A stretch of 63,799 nucleotides of DNA, counting the filler, from Platydemus manokwari (taxonomy: Eukaryota), in assembly GCA_037951405.1 (NCBI GenBank). It is 5 parts of 5 records of this genome, joined end to end, with 100 filler letters (N's around TTAATTAATTAA, not from the genome) between each part and the next. Parts side by side here need not be neighbours in the genome. Positions count along the whole stretch, not along the records: positions 34,218 to 51,522 come from JBBMOY011106997.1; positions 51,623 to 63,799 come from JBBMOY010271115.1; 3 more parts are not named here. One strand, 5' to 3'. Shown here piece by piece: positions 41,801-54,925 of the stretch. Under the pieces are notes generated by a model that saw only the letters and a list, made by a program, of their open reading frames with translations, did not search any database and had not been told where the DNA came from. Within the stretch, counting starts at the first letter, position 1. Each line of letters begins with the position of its first letter. The translations under genes and the position numbers were made by a program.

Positions 41801-44800
41801 CGTGTCAGTAGTTAATTAACTCTATTTATAATTATATAAATTTAAATTTAAGAACTCAAGTGATCGTATTGAAGTGTTGTCATTAGAATATGAACTTGGT
41901 TTAAAATCTAAGTTCTGTCCATATTAGAGATCAAAAAGTGGCATATTAACTGAATTATACGAATAAATCAAACATAGCAGTTATATATAAAATTAAGTTA
42001 TATAATTATCACATAAACGAAAATGCATCATTACGAAAGTAGGCCAAAGGACTCCTTTTCTTAACTTAAGACCAAATATCGTATCCATATATATCTGTTG
42101 TTCATTTTAAAGGTTCGAATTTGATGTGTATTGTGATAGGAGTGTCAATATCGCCAACCAAGAAATGATTAGGCATTTTTTGTGAATGGAGACTACAATA
42201 TTTTAATAATCTGAATTTTCTGTTTAACTTATTTCATATTAGCTATTAATATTAGCTCAGGGGGAAAGGTTTTACATAGACCAAGTTGGTGGGTTTCGTA
42301 ACATACGATCTTGACAAGACAAAAACCCCATCTAACCATGAATTTAAGATCTTATTTTTACGAATTTTTGCATACATCGCCTTAAAAATGAAGTTCGAAA
42401 CCATGTTTTCATAATGCTGCTACACAATTTATTCGTGGAGAAAAGGATTCTTATTATATCACGGAAGATTTTATTTAGAATTAAACCAATGCTATGATTT
42501 CTAATATGGTTTTGATCTTTTTCCGTTTTCATTTGTGAACAATAAGATCACGCGTTAATCGAACCAATCAATAATTTAGGACCTTTGATAAGAATTTCGA
42601 TGATATGATTAATGATATATTTATAAACAATCGAAAACATTCAATACATTAACGATTGATCAAATTCGATAAATAAATTATCATAATATCTATTATGGAA
42701 TTGTAAAATAGTTTAAAAATGCAGCATATCATCGAATAATTGAGTGAGAGAATGCTAATATTGAGATAAATATGATAATTAACATTGTTTCACATAATGA
42801 TATTCACTGTGACCTACCACGAATGTCGAATTTTGAACGCCAATGATCTTAGACAAATGTATTGATTATTGATAATTTCAATTCTGGTTTGTAATTGATT
42901 GCTTAACTATTTTAATGCTGTGAATGTTGTGTGAGATTATCATACATATTCGATTTTATTGATCCAGCATTTCTATTCTTCGATTTATAGATGATTTTTC
43001 TTCATTTCTATTATCTGCTATCTGTTTCAATGATATCGATTTCTAATGTGGTGATGTTTGTGAGTTTGATGTTTAAGTTTGCTCTTTGTTTTTAATAAAT
43101 GGATTTGATAATAATCGATAATTTGATTAAAGGATTCGATTCCAAATTTTATTTTGTTTTAAATCTGACAAATACTTGATGTTATTTTAGTGTTTAATTT
43201 ATTATTTTTATTCAATTTAGAAGTGGTGGCCTCTAAAATAGTAATTTCAGATCAGATATCAACAGTTACTGAGTCCGAATCTACACCATCGAAAGGAGAT
43301 CCTATTGTACCTCCACCACCTGGACCACCGCCCCCATCGATAGGAGGAATAGTTGCTCCACCTCCACCTGGACCTCCACCCCCAGCAATTGGAGGAAATC
43401 TTGTGCCTCCTCCTCCAGGACCGCCACCACCTGTAGCAGGTGGAATAATTGCTCCTCCTCCTCCTGGACCTCCACCACCACCTGGTGGATTAGTTGCTCC
43501 TCCGCCTCCTGGGCCTCCGCCACCACCTGGTGGATCAGTTGCTCCTCCACCTCCAGGACCTCCTCCACCACCTGGTGGATCAGTTGCTCCTCCACCTCCA
43601 GGACCACCTCCACCACCTGGTGGATCAGTTCCTCCGCTACCCCCAGGACCTCCACCTCCACCTGGAATCGGGGTTCCTCCACCACCACCTCCACCTGGAT
43701 TCGGAGTACCGCCGCCGCCTCCAGGCATGATGGCTGCTGCTCCTCCAAAGCCCTTAAGCATATTAGAGAAACATGGTTTGACAAGACATCTTTTTCAACC
43801 ACAGCAGCCAATGAAAAAAGCGAATTGGAACAAAATCAATGAGAAAAATTTAAATGAAAACTCCGTTTGGCTGTCAATCAAAGAAGAAACTGTCGCAGAA
43901 GACATTTTGAAAGAATTGGAAATGAGTTTCTCCAGTAAACCACCAGTTGAGAAAACCGAATCGGCAAAATCCGCTGCTCCAGCCAAGAAAGTGAAAGAGC
44001 TGAAAGTTCTCGACGGGAAAACTGCTCAAAATATATCGATTTTATTGGGCTCTTTGCGCATGGATTACGAGAAACTAAAGGAAGCCATTCTCCAAATAAA
44101 CACCTCAATTTTAACGCAATCTATGATAGAACAGTTAATCAAAAACCTCCCCGAACCGGAACAAATGCAGAAGATTTGTGAGCTGAAAGACATTTATGAA
44201 GATCTATCAGAATCAGAACAGTTCTGTTATAAATTATCGAGTATTAAAAAGTTGAAACCACGCTTGGAATCGATTTTGTTTCAGTTAAAATTCGAAGATA
44301 AAATCAATGAAATCAAAGCACAATATCATGAGGCTGAAATGGCATTGACAGAGATATTGAAAAGTCCTGGATTGAAAAAGATTCTGGAAATCGTTCTGTC
44401 GCTAGGTAACTACATGAATGCCGGTTCGAGAAATCAACAATCGATTGGATTCGAGTTGAATTTCCTTTGTAAATTATCTTCGACCAAAGATAAAACCAAT
44501 ACTCGAACACTACTTCATTTCTTAGCCGACGTAATCATGGCCAACTTCTTCCATCCCAACGATTTATCGAAAGAACTGAGCCATATCGATAAAGCTAATC
44601 GATTGGCTCTCGATGCAACAACCAGTAGTCTGGCAGAAGTGAAAAAAGAATTGAAAGCCTTGGAAAATCAAGTGAAATCTTTCAAACCCACAGATGATAA
44701 GGATAAGTTCTTCGAGAAAATGGAACCATTTGTCAAAACCGTTCAGGAACAGATCACAATTGCTGAACTTTTCCAAACGAAAATGAATGAAGCTTTCCAA

Positions 44801-45193
44801 TTGGTTGCCACGTATTTCAGTTTCAATTCAAATACCTACAAAATGGAGGATGTTTTCAATGATATTTTCAAGTTCAAAACCGAATTTCTAGATGCACATA
44901 AATCCAATGAAGAAAAGAAATTGCTCGAAGAACGAGCATTGAAAGCAAAAATGGAGAAAGAACGTCGAGAAAAGGAGAAACAACAAATCCAACTTATTCC
45001 TCAAGCAACATCAGAAGAAGATAGCGGTGTGTTGGATAATTTGTTGGCAGCTTTGAAGAGCGGTGATGGAGCTTTAGCTCCCAAGAGACGTAAACCGAAA
45101 GCCAAAGAAGGTCGTCGTCCCGTGAATAGGACTCGATCAAGAGGAGAATTTAGCGAGAATTTAACCAATAATATGATAGAAATTGCGTCTTAG
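38834..45193 (+). CDS. dia: Diaphanous-related formin (GBD/DID-DD-FH1-FH2-DAD), about 1145 aa; exons 38834-40298 and 43221-45193
   Basis: N-terminal GBD/FH3 (FEKFLDDMNI, CFRAFANCGYG, RLHLRREF), poly-proline FH1, FH2 (AQNISILL, GNYMN, LSSTKD, TLLHFL), and DAD GVLDNLLAALKSG followed by basic KRRK. The phase-1 donor G|GTGCGT at 40298 matches the phase-1 acceptor TTTAG|AA at 43221. Confidence 0.95.
43304..43727 (+). repeat. Coding minisatellite of the FH1 domain (45-48 bp units, xxPPPPGPPPP(P)xGG)
   Basis: About eight PPPPGPPPP-type units plus two simple poly-Pro tracts in the translation. Confidence 0.9.
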
Positions 45194-48100
45194 CTATCTA
45201 TCTGTTTCTTTCTCTCTCTCCGTTCACACAACTCTCTCATATCAGAAGACATTCCAAAAATAATTATTGTGCTTCCGTTTGTAAAAAAAAATCGATTGTT
45301 TGACGATTATGCTTTCTATTATCAATATATGATATGTTGTCGCTTTTGTGTTGCAGTAACTGTGTGATTGTGTGCTTGAGTAAAACATCGTGCCAGATCT
45401 AATAATAAATAATTGATTCACATAGATTTTGTATATCATGCTGCTTCGTCAAAGTATTTTTAGCATTGACTTCATAGAAACTCAGATTGAAACGACAGGA
45501 TGGTTGGGATTTTGTGTTATTTCAATGATTCCTTCAGTTTTCGTGGGTTGTATTATTTATTTGAAATACTATTTTTTCCATGCTGTATTCGTTGATTTAT
45601 ATTTTTTTTAAAAAAAATTCGGTTTTGTTTCGATTATTTGGTTGTGGATATTGAAGTGAAAGTTATTCATTATAGAGTTATTTTTGTTGCTAATAATATA
45701 AATATATTTATGAGTTTGGCTTTTGAGAAATTCCTTTTAGAATTAGTTTTGCTTTGTTATCTTATGTAATAATAATACTGTGTGTGTGTGATATTAGAAA
45801 TAAATTAGAAAGGCGTCTCTCAAATTAACCAATCAATGTTATTACGGTGATCGTAAACTGGATTAAGATAAATTCCTTATAATGAATAATGATCTAGTTA
45901 TCATTAATGAGTTATCTATTTGCATAATTTACTAGTGTTGTTGTACAGCATATTAAATTATATATGGCTAATAATTAAACTGGTTTATGACCGAGATGTA
46001 ATACAAAAAACAACAGTGTTCAGAATTATTTCATGAATGTTTTCTGAAACAATAACTAGATTGAATGTGTCTGAAATTGTTTGAAAGATTGCAGACTGTC
46101 TATTTTTAAGGACGCTTTAATTGAAAACAATAATTATTCTTAAATAAATTTGTTTTAATGGCCGAAAACGATTTTATTGGTCAATTTTTGAGAGAAATAT
46201 TAAATGATAAGAGTAAAAAATTGGTATGTGTTTTATTGATCGTATCAAAGAAGATTTCAGTTTATTGGGAATTGGTCCAACATCATGTATCTCAATACAA
46301 ATAAAATTTATCTTGTGTGGGATTAAGTGCACATAAAGTGATTTATTTACACTTTATATTATGATGTTTTGTGATGGATTTTCCATATTAAAAAAAAGCT
46401 TGTAAGTTTTCCCTTCACTTGTTACATCAAGATGCCTTTTAACTTCATTATTTTCTTATTTAATTATATATTTTTATCCTACAATTTAAAATTCACTATT
46501 ATTCATTACATCTTCTATAATATATTTTCTATCTAAGAAACAAATCAAAAAATATCAATTATTCTTCAATTTATTAAAAATTTATTTAAATTAATTATTT
46601 TAATTAATTATTAAAAATACGAATATTTCCAGCTACAAATCATTTGCATCGAAAATCAGAACTGTTTACAGATTATTGTAATTCCACAACATCAAACACG
46701 TTGAACTTCAATGATGAATTTAACATGTGAAAGATAAAATATAAATACAAGAAAATCAGAAAAATATCCGAAAATACGCAATGTTATCAATTTATAAAAG
46801 ATTTTTCATCGCCATTTCCAACTTCAAAAGTTTCACAAATGATGATCACAAGCAAAATATTTCCCATAAATGCATGTTAAACATTATCGCCAGCTGTTCA
46901 CCTATGTACCGGGAAAATAAATTATGCGATTGACATAAGTTTATTTTATTCTGAATCTCTAAAGAGCTTTGGGCGTTTTAGTGACATTATCAATATCACC
47001 ATCTGTCAAATTAATCATTATAAGCCATTCTTTATCAATGAATTTTTATAATATTTTCTAATTTATAAAGTGCACCGAGTTGTATTAAATATATTAAAGT
47101 TAATTTTTGTTTTCTTTACTGTTATCGGATTATTATGTCACTCAAATTCTATCTGAAAATCACCGATAAATATGTGTGCTTTTAGATATCAAATTAAAAT
47201 AAATTTCATTCTCACAAGCATTGAGTATGAAAAGAGTATTGGACCCTATAATCGATATCAGTTTTATAGTTAAACCTAGCGAATGTTGTCTTCATCTAGA
47301 CTTTGCTAAGCAATATTTTTGTCAGAAATAATGTTGCGTTAATGGTAAGTTAATTACCAAAAAATTATTTTAAACAAACTTCAAGCTCTAGCACACAGTC
47401 ACAAAAATACACATACAGATTCAACCAAACAATGAAATGTTACAAATTACTATCTCCTCAAACTGACACGAACAAATTATAACGTATTTGCACGACAACC
47501 TCCCAGAAAAGATTCAAAAACAATTCAAAGCTTATGATCGAAACAGGTAGAAAATTAAATGCTTAAAACAAAATAAAGCTCCACAGTTTATCTGCAAATA
47601 AATTCCATAATATCTAAAGGAACCGTTACAAGTGTATATTGCTACTTTGACCAACTTCATCTGATCTGTTATTTGCTTTCTGGAGTGATGACTTAATGTT
47701 GTTTTATTGTCTTTGCGATTTGTCGATATATTTTCTGAGAAGAAAAATATAAGGTTGTCAAAAGTAAGAATAAACACCTTGGATTTCATGAGCTAAACGA
47801 GATTATGAAGTCATTTCTTTCAGCTCAAATCAACAATTTATGATCGATGATTGGCTTCTTAATTAATGATAGATAACTGGTAGCAGATAATTGATACTCC
47901 TATCAGGGATATGACAACTAATTAGATTATTAGATCGCGATACGAAAACTAAAGGATTTGAGTTTAGGCTGAGAATAATTCCATTGAATTTTGTGGAATA
48001 TCTTTTTAAATTATAAAGAATTTCCTTTTGGAGATTGACACAATTTGAACGAGTAGAAAATCAATTAAATTTATCATGTTGCAAAAATTGAGTAATAATT

Positions 48101-49009
48101 TGAATTGACATGATCTACTTGTATGATCCGAACAGGCAAATTGTTAAGTGACAATCTGAACTGAATTGGAGTGTGAAATTCTGTACTGGTTAATATGGTC
48201 TCTGATTTGGGATTTAATGAGTCATTTTTCAGCATTTTGTAGATTACTGTGGATATTTACATGTTGCTATGGTGATATGAAATTAATTTGTTATCTTTGT
48301 GGTTTCATATTAAATTGTCATGGCAACAAGGAGGCCTATGAATTAATTATGAATAATCGAATTTTTATGTCATGGTTTTTCTCATTCACAACTAATATTA
48401 TATTATTATGCATTTAATCATATCTTATTTTCAACAGATCACATTAATGCTTTAAATCAGAGTCACTCACAACTAACAGCTGATGTAAACATTGAACATA
48501 AAAAGGTCAATAATAAATCCTAATGACCCAAAACCTATGATTATTATGAGATTTTAAAATCAAATACAGTTAAATAATTTTAAATGGTCATTTTAAATGG
48601 AAAAAATATTTGTATCAGAATTATAAATGATCAACAATTTATTTGAATATTATGATTGAAGAGATTTTAGTGCTCGCATTCTTAAAATCGCATTCAATTC
48701 ATATTTAATAAAATAATAGCAGCACTATTATTGTATCGACATAATTTTGTGTTGCAACTCGAGATAAAATAACGATAAAGATTAATACCGTCTATTCATT
48801 CCCATCAAAGTTGGTAGAAAGCCAATAATAATGAAATAATAATTAATTTTAAAATTTTATCACAGATTATCGATAAAATCTATTATTCCTCAAAATAATA
48901 TTGGTTTTTGTTTAGATTATTTTTGTAAATATGGTATGTAATGTTAAATGTATATTTCACAGCTCACTTGGCCAATTCAACACTTGTGTAGAAAAAAGAA
49001 GATTATATA

Positions 49010-49474
49010 TAGGGTGGACCAGAAGTAAGAAGGCAATACCAAAAACGTTGGCTTAAGTATCTGTTCAATTTATTTAAGGAATGTAAAGGATTAAAAGCGA
49101 TACTTTTATTTACAAATACTCAAATTGTCCACCATTTACTTCGATATACTTCAAAACTCCGTTCTTCATCGGTGTACACACTTTGTGACAAAGCAGTAAT
49201 AAAATTAAAAGCCTCCGTTGACCTTTCCTTCAATTCTTCCAATAAACGTGGTTCAGTGCAATACACAGCCCCCTTCCTTCCTTTCTTCACTGAGTTTTTT
49301 TCCATTTTTAGGGTAAGATTTGAATTGCAATGAAAATACTCAATTTATAATTTCAAACTGCGCGCGTGGACATAAACAATCTAGATATAAATATGATTAG
49401 TCTCAGCGCTTGTTAAATGTGTAGGTGAGTGAAAAGTTTGCGTGTCACTGCCCTGTAACTTCTGCTCCGCCCTA
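49010..49474 (-). mobile_element. Internally deleted Tc1/mariner (maT/rosa-like) element
   Basis: TIRs TAGGGTGGACCAGAAGTAA and reverse-complement TAGGGCGGAGCAGAAGTTA lie within TA runs. The minus strand gives AVYCTEPRLLEELKER and NGGQFEYL*, typical of the transposase C-terminus. Confidence 0.85.
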
Positions 49475-51362
49475 TATATACACTAATGCTCACCGTTTGG
49501 AAATTACTTCATTTTAATAACCATTTTTTTAATTTTATTTCAAATTTAATTTTTTTAATTTGATTTTTAAATTTATCTAAGAGTGTCTCATCATTAACTT
49601 TATTATCCCTTAGCTTAATAGATAAACAATGATAGTGAAATACAAATAAAATATTAAAGAAAGGATTGTTTTATTTTTTTAAATGGTTTCTTAAAATTTA
49701 ACTATAAATTGTTACATTAGCTTCCCTTTCGATGGTTAAATACTTCCCGCAAAGAGTTACTATCAAAAATATTTAACAGAATAAGCAAGAAATTCATGGC
49801 AAATCCTAAGATTATTATTAGAAACATTATTCAAAAATTTTCAACAATTGGCATAAAATAACTACTGTCCAGGACTAAGGTTAAACGGCTTTAATAAATT
49901 TTTAATTTAATATTATCCATTTATATCAAATATTTGTTTAGAGTTCTTCACAAGTCAAGTTCGATAAAATTTGATCTTTTTACATTCATCGCAATGATTT
50001 CCATATCAACTAGAGCGATTAATGAAATCTAAATAGATCATTGAACATCGAGTTTAAAAGTAATCAATATCTACAAATGTTGTTTGAAAACCGCATCCAC
50101 TAACAATATAATTTTTTACAGAATATTTTCTAACAAGTGTATCAATGTTAATGTTTTCAATAAACCAATTTTATAATAACAACAAAAAAGAATCTTTTAG
50201 AAATTATATAATTGAGAATTACACCAGTGTCAATAACACATATTAACGATACTGAACTAATTATATAAAAAGAATTTGTATCAAGATTCTGTTAGTAATA
50301 CAAATATTGACTTTATGTCTATTAAATCAATCAAATTAACTAACAAGATGTGCAAATGCAAGATAATATTGATCAGTGTTTGGCCATCATATAATGACAG
50401 CTTAATAATTCAAAGTAATAGATGCAAAAAAATACTTTTTTATCATTTTTGATGGCTTACTTTGTTGTTTTCTGCAAATTTATTTATCAACCCAGATGAA
50501 AACTAATTGATTTAAAATTTTCATTATCCGATGTACTTCCAATTCGAGAAAAACTTTTTCATTGTTTTTATTAAGCTTATTATTTTAATTTTGAATTAAA
50601 TTATAATTACTATAATTAGTAACATTCTTCTGTCAATAATTACATCATAATTATGGATCAAATTTTTTGTCAGTATTTAATGTAAAATTTAAATTTCGAT
50701 GTGTTATATTTTTAAGTGAAAATCTTAAATAAATTATGTGATTTGAGATGCGGAACTGTTATTGGATATTAAAGTTAAAAATTAATCGTTATTAACTACA
50801 TACTGTAATAGCTTTGATAAAGAAGAATATAAATTTAAAATAATTAGAATGCGTCAATTATTATGTGCTAATTAATTTATTAATTGTGTACGAATTCGAT
50901 CAAGCATTTCAAAATAGGTCAAAAGCAATAATTTGTGTAGTATATATTATTAATGCGGGTTTAGTTGATCAAATTATATGGCAAAAACCATAGAAACATT
51001 GTAAAATCGATTATTTTATTTAAATTTTCATTTCTTTGTTTAGATTGGCTTACAAATTTTATTTGTTGGCTCAATCCCGTTTTTTTGGAAAAACAGTGCA
51101 GTAATTTCTGTGAATTATATTGGATTTATGTAATATTGGTCGGAGTTGAGAAATCGATAATTAGAGAATTATGAAACGATCGATACGAGATACAATCTGA
51201 TACTGAAACTGTTATGAAATTAATCCATTAACGGAACCCCTTTAATGATGTCATTCTTTTGATTATAAAACCCTTACTTAACACTACTTTTTTATCATTT
51301 ATTTATTAAATAATTAGATCATAGAATTTTTTCATGTTATTGGATTAATACAGTGGATTAAT

Positions 51363-51522
51363 ACAGTGGGGGCGCTAGACTGTTGCAAGGAGGCATGCAG
51401 CTGTTTCCAAAATATCATTTTCGAATACAAACCAAAAAAGTCTTTTTCCACTTGCAGATAATACGGTGGGAAGACGAATATCCGATATATCTGAAGATCT
51501 TTGCGATCAATTAATAGAAAAA
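51363..51522 (+). mobile_element. hAT Buster/ZBED5-like transposase fragment cut by a gap
   Basis: FPLADNTVGRRISDISEDLCDQLIE matches the Buster-type PLS..TV.RRI..M..D...QL motif; a CAGTGG end lies nearby. Confidence 0.75.
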
Positions 51523-51622
51523 NNNNNNNNNNNNNNNNNNNNNNNNNNNNNNNNNNNNNNNNNNNNTTAATTAATTAANNNNNNNNNNNNNNNNNNNNNN
51601 NNNNNNNNNNNNNNNNNNNNNN
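51523..51622. other. Assembly gap spacer
   Basis: N44-TTAATTAATTAA-N44. Confidence 0.97.
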
Positions 51623-53311
51623 ATTGTTGGAGAATCTCGAAACTGTGGTAAGGTTCTGATTGCGCCCTACTAAAATAATGAATTGCTATAAAGTGTATTT
51701 ATATAACTTCATATGGCTATTTAATAATAAATATAATCAATAAAATAATAATGATAATAGTAAAAGTTGTTATAATCATAATTATTATTGTTATTATTAT
51801 TTTAGAGAAATCGGTCTGTGGGAAGCTAGTGAAGGAAGGAGCATTGAATTCATATCAAATCCTCAAATGAATATCCAATATGTGTTTGTAAGATACTATT
51901 GTCTTTAAAATAACGTTATATTTTGTTTTTGTTTTCTGCAAGAATTTTCTTGTTATTCAATTTCATGTTTGAAACGTAATTATTTGCAGTTTCTGTAATC
52001 ATTAATTAGTTGAGTGACCAAAATTTCTGTTGTCAACGATCTAAAATGTTCAATTGTTAATTTTCTCTTTCGATAATATTGATTCTTTTAATTATATGTG
52101 CTTTATCGAAATCTCTGTAAAATAAAAGACACACCTTATTGGGAGTATTAGCTAGTTGTTCAATTAGGTGACGTTTCTCATATGCTTAAATCTCAACAGC
52201 ACTTTTATATTGAATATTCTAGAGTTGGTAATACTAGTGATTGTACGATATTGTGAAATATTGTGTCGTCTCGTGAACTGTGGACAGTTATTAGTTTTGT
52301 AGAATTATAACAATTTCTTTGTGATGGAGATAAAATAGTAGCGACATACAAAAAGGGTTTAGCATTGATGATGAATTGGCGGAATGAAATAGCACTGAAA
52401 AACTTAGGGTACACGTAGCCCAGATGGAAATTGAGACTGAATGTGTCATCATGTATTCGAATTAAATGATTACCGAATTATTGATTTTAAGATAATAGAT
52501 TCCACCAGATAACTAATGATTTGAAAAAATTACTAATCAGGTAGATAGGTGGATTATCTGATAAAATTGGTGATGGTTCCATCGTTTAACCCTATAACCT
52601 TTACAACAAATTTAAGTTCATTTTTATTATCCGTGGGTGCCTTATTTTGGAAAGGCATTGAATAGCGGTACATGTTACCATAAATTATTCTTTGTCAATT
52701 TAAACTTTTCCTGTTATAAATAAATACAATCAATTAATTAATAAATTAAAAATAAATTTTAGTCTTACGAATCTGTCAATACCAAGCTCCGGCTTATATT
52801 TTGTTGTCAAAAAAATCGGGATATTTTCATCTTCAATTCCATGTCATTATCGCATATTTGTACTTTAGTATGCACGAGTAGCACCAATTGGTTTTCTTCA
52901 TTGACTTCATTCAAAGGTTAGTGAAATATTTTTTTTTTCTGTGTATATTCTAATCGATATGATTCCATGTAACAAATCGTATATTTATAACAGATTTTTA
53001 TAGTTTACCGTTTAATAATGCTGTTTTATAAATCATTGTGAAAATGTTAATAAAATATTGATAACCATTTATCACAAATAATCCATTGTTAATAATTACC
53101 AAATCAATGGAGTATTAACCATCAGAATTCATGGCATTATTTTATTTATTATATCACTGTATCACTGTTTGTTTTCTTAACCTTGAATCCATTATTCAAT
53201 AATTCGCACACTGGCTGATACCATAACTAATTCATTAATATTTTCATACCACACTGTGCCATGAGCATGTGTTGTGATTGGATGATTATTGATCCTCATC
53301 AGCATTTTTAC

Positions 53312-53365
<54 letters not shown>
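53312..53365. repeat. (AAT)n microsatellite hosting LTR insertions
   Basis: Direct reading; AAT-like repeats resume at 53502-53539 and 53684-53714. Confidence 0.95.
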
Positions 53366-53501
53366 TGTGAGATATTTTATATGAATTAAATTTCAAAATT
53401 AGAAATATTTGTTTAAATATTTGGATTTAAAATAGATGGATTGTGTCTTGACTTTTTAATTCGATTTTAATGTGTGGCTTTTAAAATAGTAGCGGCTAAC
53501 A
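53366..53501 (+). mobile_element. Solo LTR, subfamily A (136 bp)
   Basis: TGTGAGATATTTT...AAAATAGTAGCGGCTAACA; aligns with the TRIM LTRs at 57117 and 57578 apart from a deletion of about 76 bp; flanks ataat/ataac. Confidence 0.85.
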
Positions 53502-53539
53502 ATAACAATAATAATAAGAAGAATAAGAATAATAATAAA

Positions 53540-53683
53540 TGTAAGCCGCTACTATTTTATAAAAACGCATCGAAAAGGAACTGAAAAGACTCGACATTCA
53601 ATTCTATTCAAATTATTTAAACAAATTTAATAAAATTTAATATCAAACTAAATTCAATATAAATTCAATTTGATATCCTCACA
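53540..53683 (-). mobile_element. Solo LTR, subfamily B (144 bp)
   Basis: Reverse complement reads TGTGAGGATATCAAATTG...AAAATAGTAGCGGCTTACA; homologous to 62900-63174; flanks ataaa/ataat. Confidence 0.8.
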
Positions 53684-54925
53684 ATAATAATAATATTAAT
53701 AATAATAATAATAAACAGTTGGTGAGACAAAGCTAGATGAACATATTACAAAGAAACGTAGCAGATTATGCAAGATCTGAGATGAAACATAAAATCAGGA
53801 AACATAGAAAGGAGTCAAATAACAAGACTATTGAATAGAATTATTGGTGTGTGATATATCATATTGTCAATGTTGAGAGAAGACGTTATATCAAAACAAT
53901 AAACCATATTTAAAATAACAATGACTATAATGGGTTGTATGTGATACAAACAAGTATATCATACAATTCTGTTTTAAAAACAGATAATGGACAGAAGATA
54001 TAATAATCAGTTATAATAAATTGTATTATTGTTGTGATAGATCATGTTACTAAAAAAAGTCAGCATTTGCATTTTACGATGAGTCTATTACAAACTATAA
54101 GTTAGAGACCATACATTCATTTGGTAGTCATAGAAAACCAACAAACGAAACCAATGAACCATATTTGTTTTAATGAATAATACATTGAGGCTCAAATGAC
54201 ACAATATAAAGCCTATATTATAAATGTGTAAAATAGAATTACAATAATGATAGACTTTTTCAGAGTCTGCTACTCAAGAAAATATCGTATTCACTGGGTT
54301 ATTGATTTCTATAGGGTTGGGTACCATTTTATTCAACAAAATTGTATTTGCCCAAAACTTTATAACGTAGGTCGTACATCAATGTTGTCAACATTTTAAA
54401 AGCTTCATCCGATGAAACTTGTTTCACCAAACCGTAATTCAAATCCAACAGTTGACTTCACTGTTTCGAATCTACGATCTCAACTCCAATCATCACTGAT
54501 CATTGTATTATTATATAAATATTAACGATTAAAATGATTCGAAACTGATGAATTCTTATAATTTCGAATTGATAATCAAATGTAGAACAATTTTTAGAAA
54601 AACGAATTCGATTCGATTTTAGATATTTTATTGAATGTCAGATATGCCGTGCACACAATTTCCTTAAAAATTATCTTCTCGTTACTATCATTGACGTTTT
54701 AAAGCGAAGCAATGTCTGCATTTTAATACTGGCCTTCTGTATCAAGAATTTTGTTGAGACCCAATTGAATTAAACGTACTGTGATTATAGTTTTTAATGC
54801 TTTCACAATGGCTTAATTGGTCATTTATTTATGTTAAATATGCTTTGCAATTTGTGAACAATTCTATTTATTGGTTGTTTCAAGATCATCAGTCGATTAA
54901 CTTGAACTGTATTGATATTTAACAA

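Noticed and set aside
43252-43811. Gly-rich and Val/Glu-rich minus-strand ORFs
   Set aside because: Antisense shadows of the poly-proline FH1 repeat.
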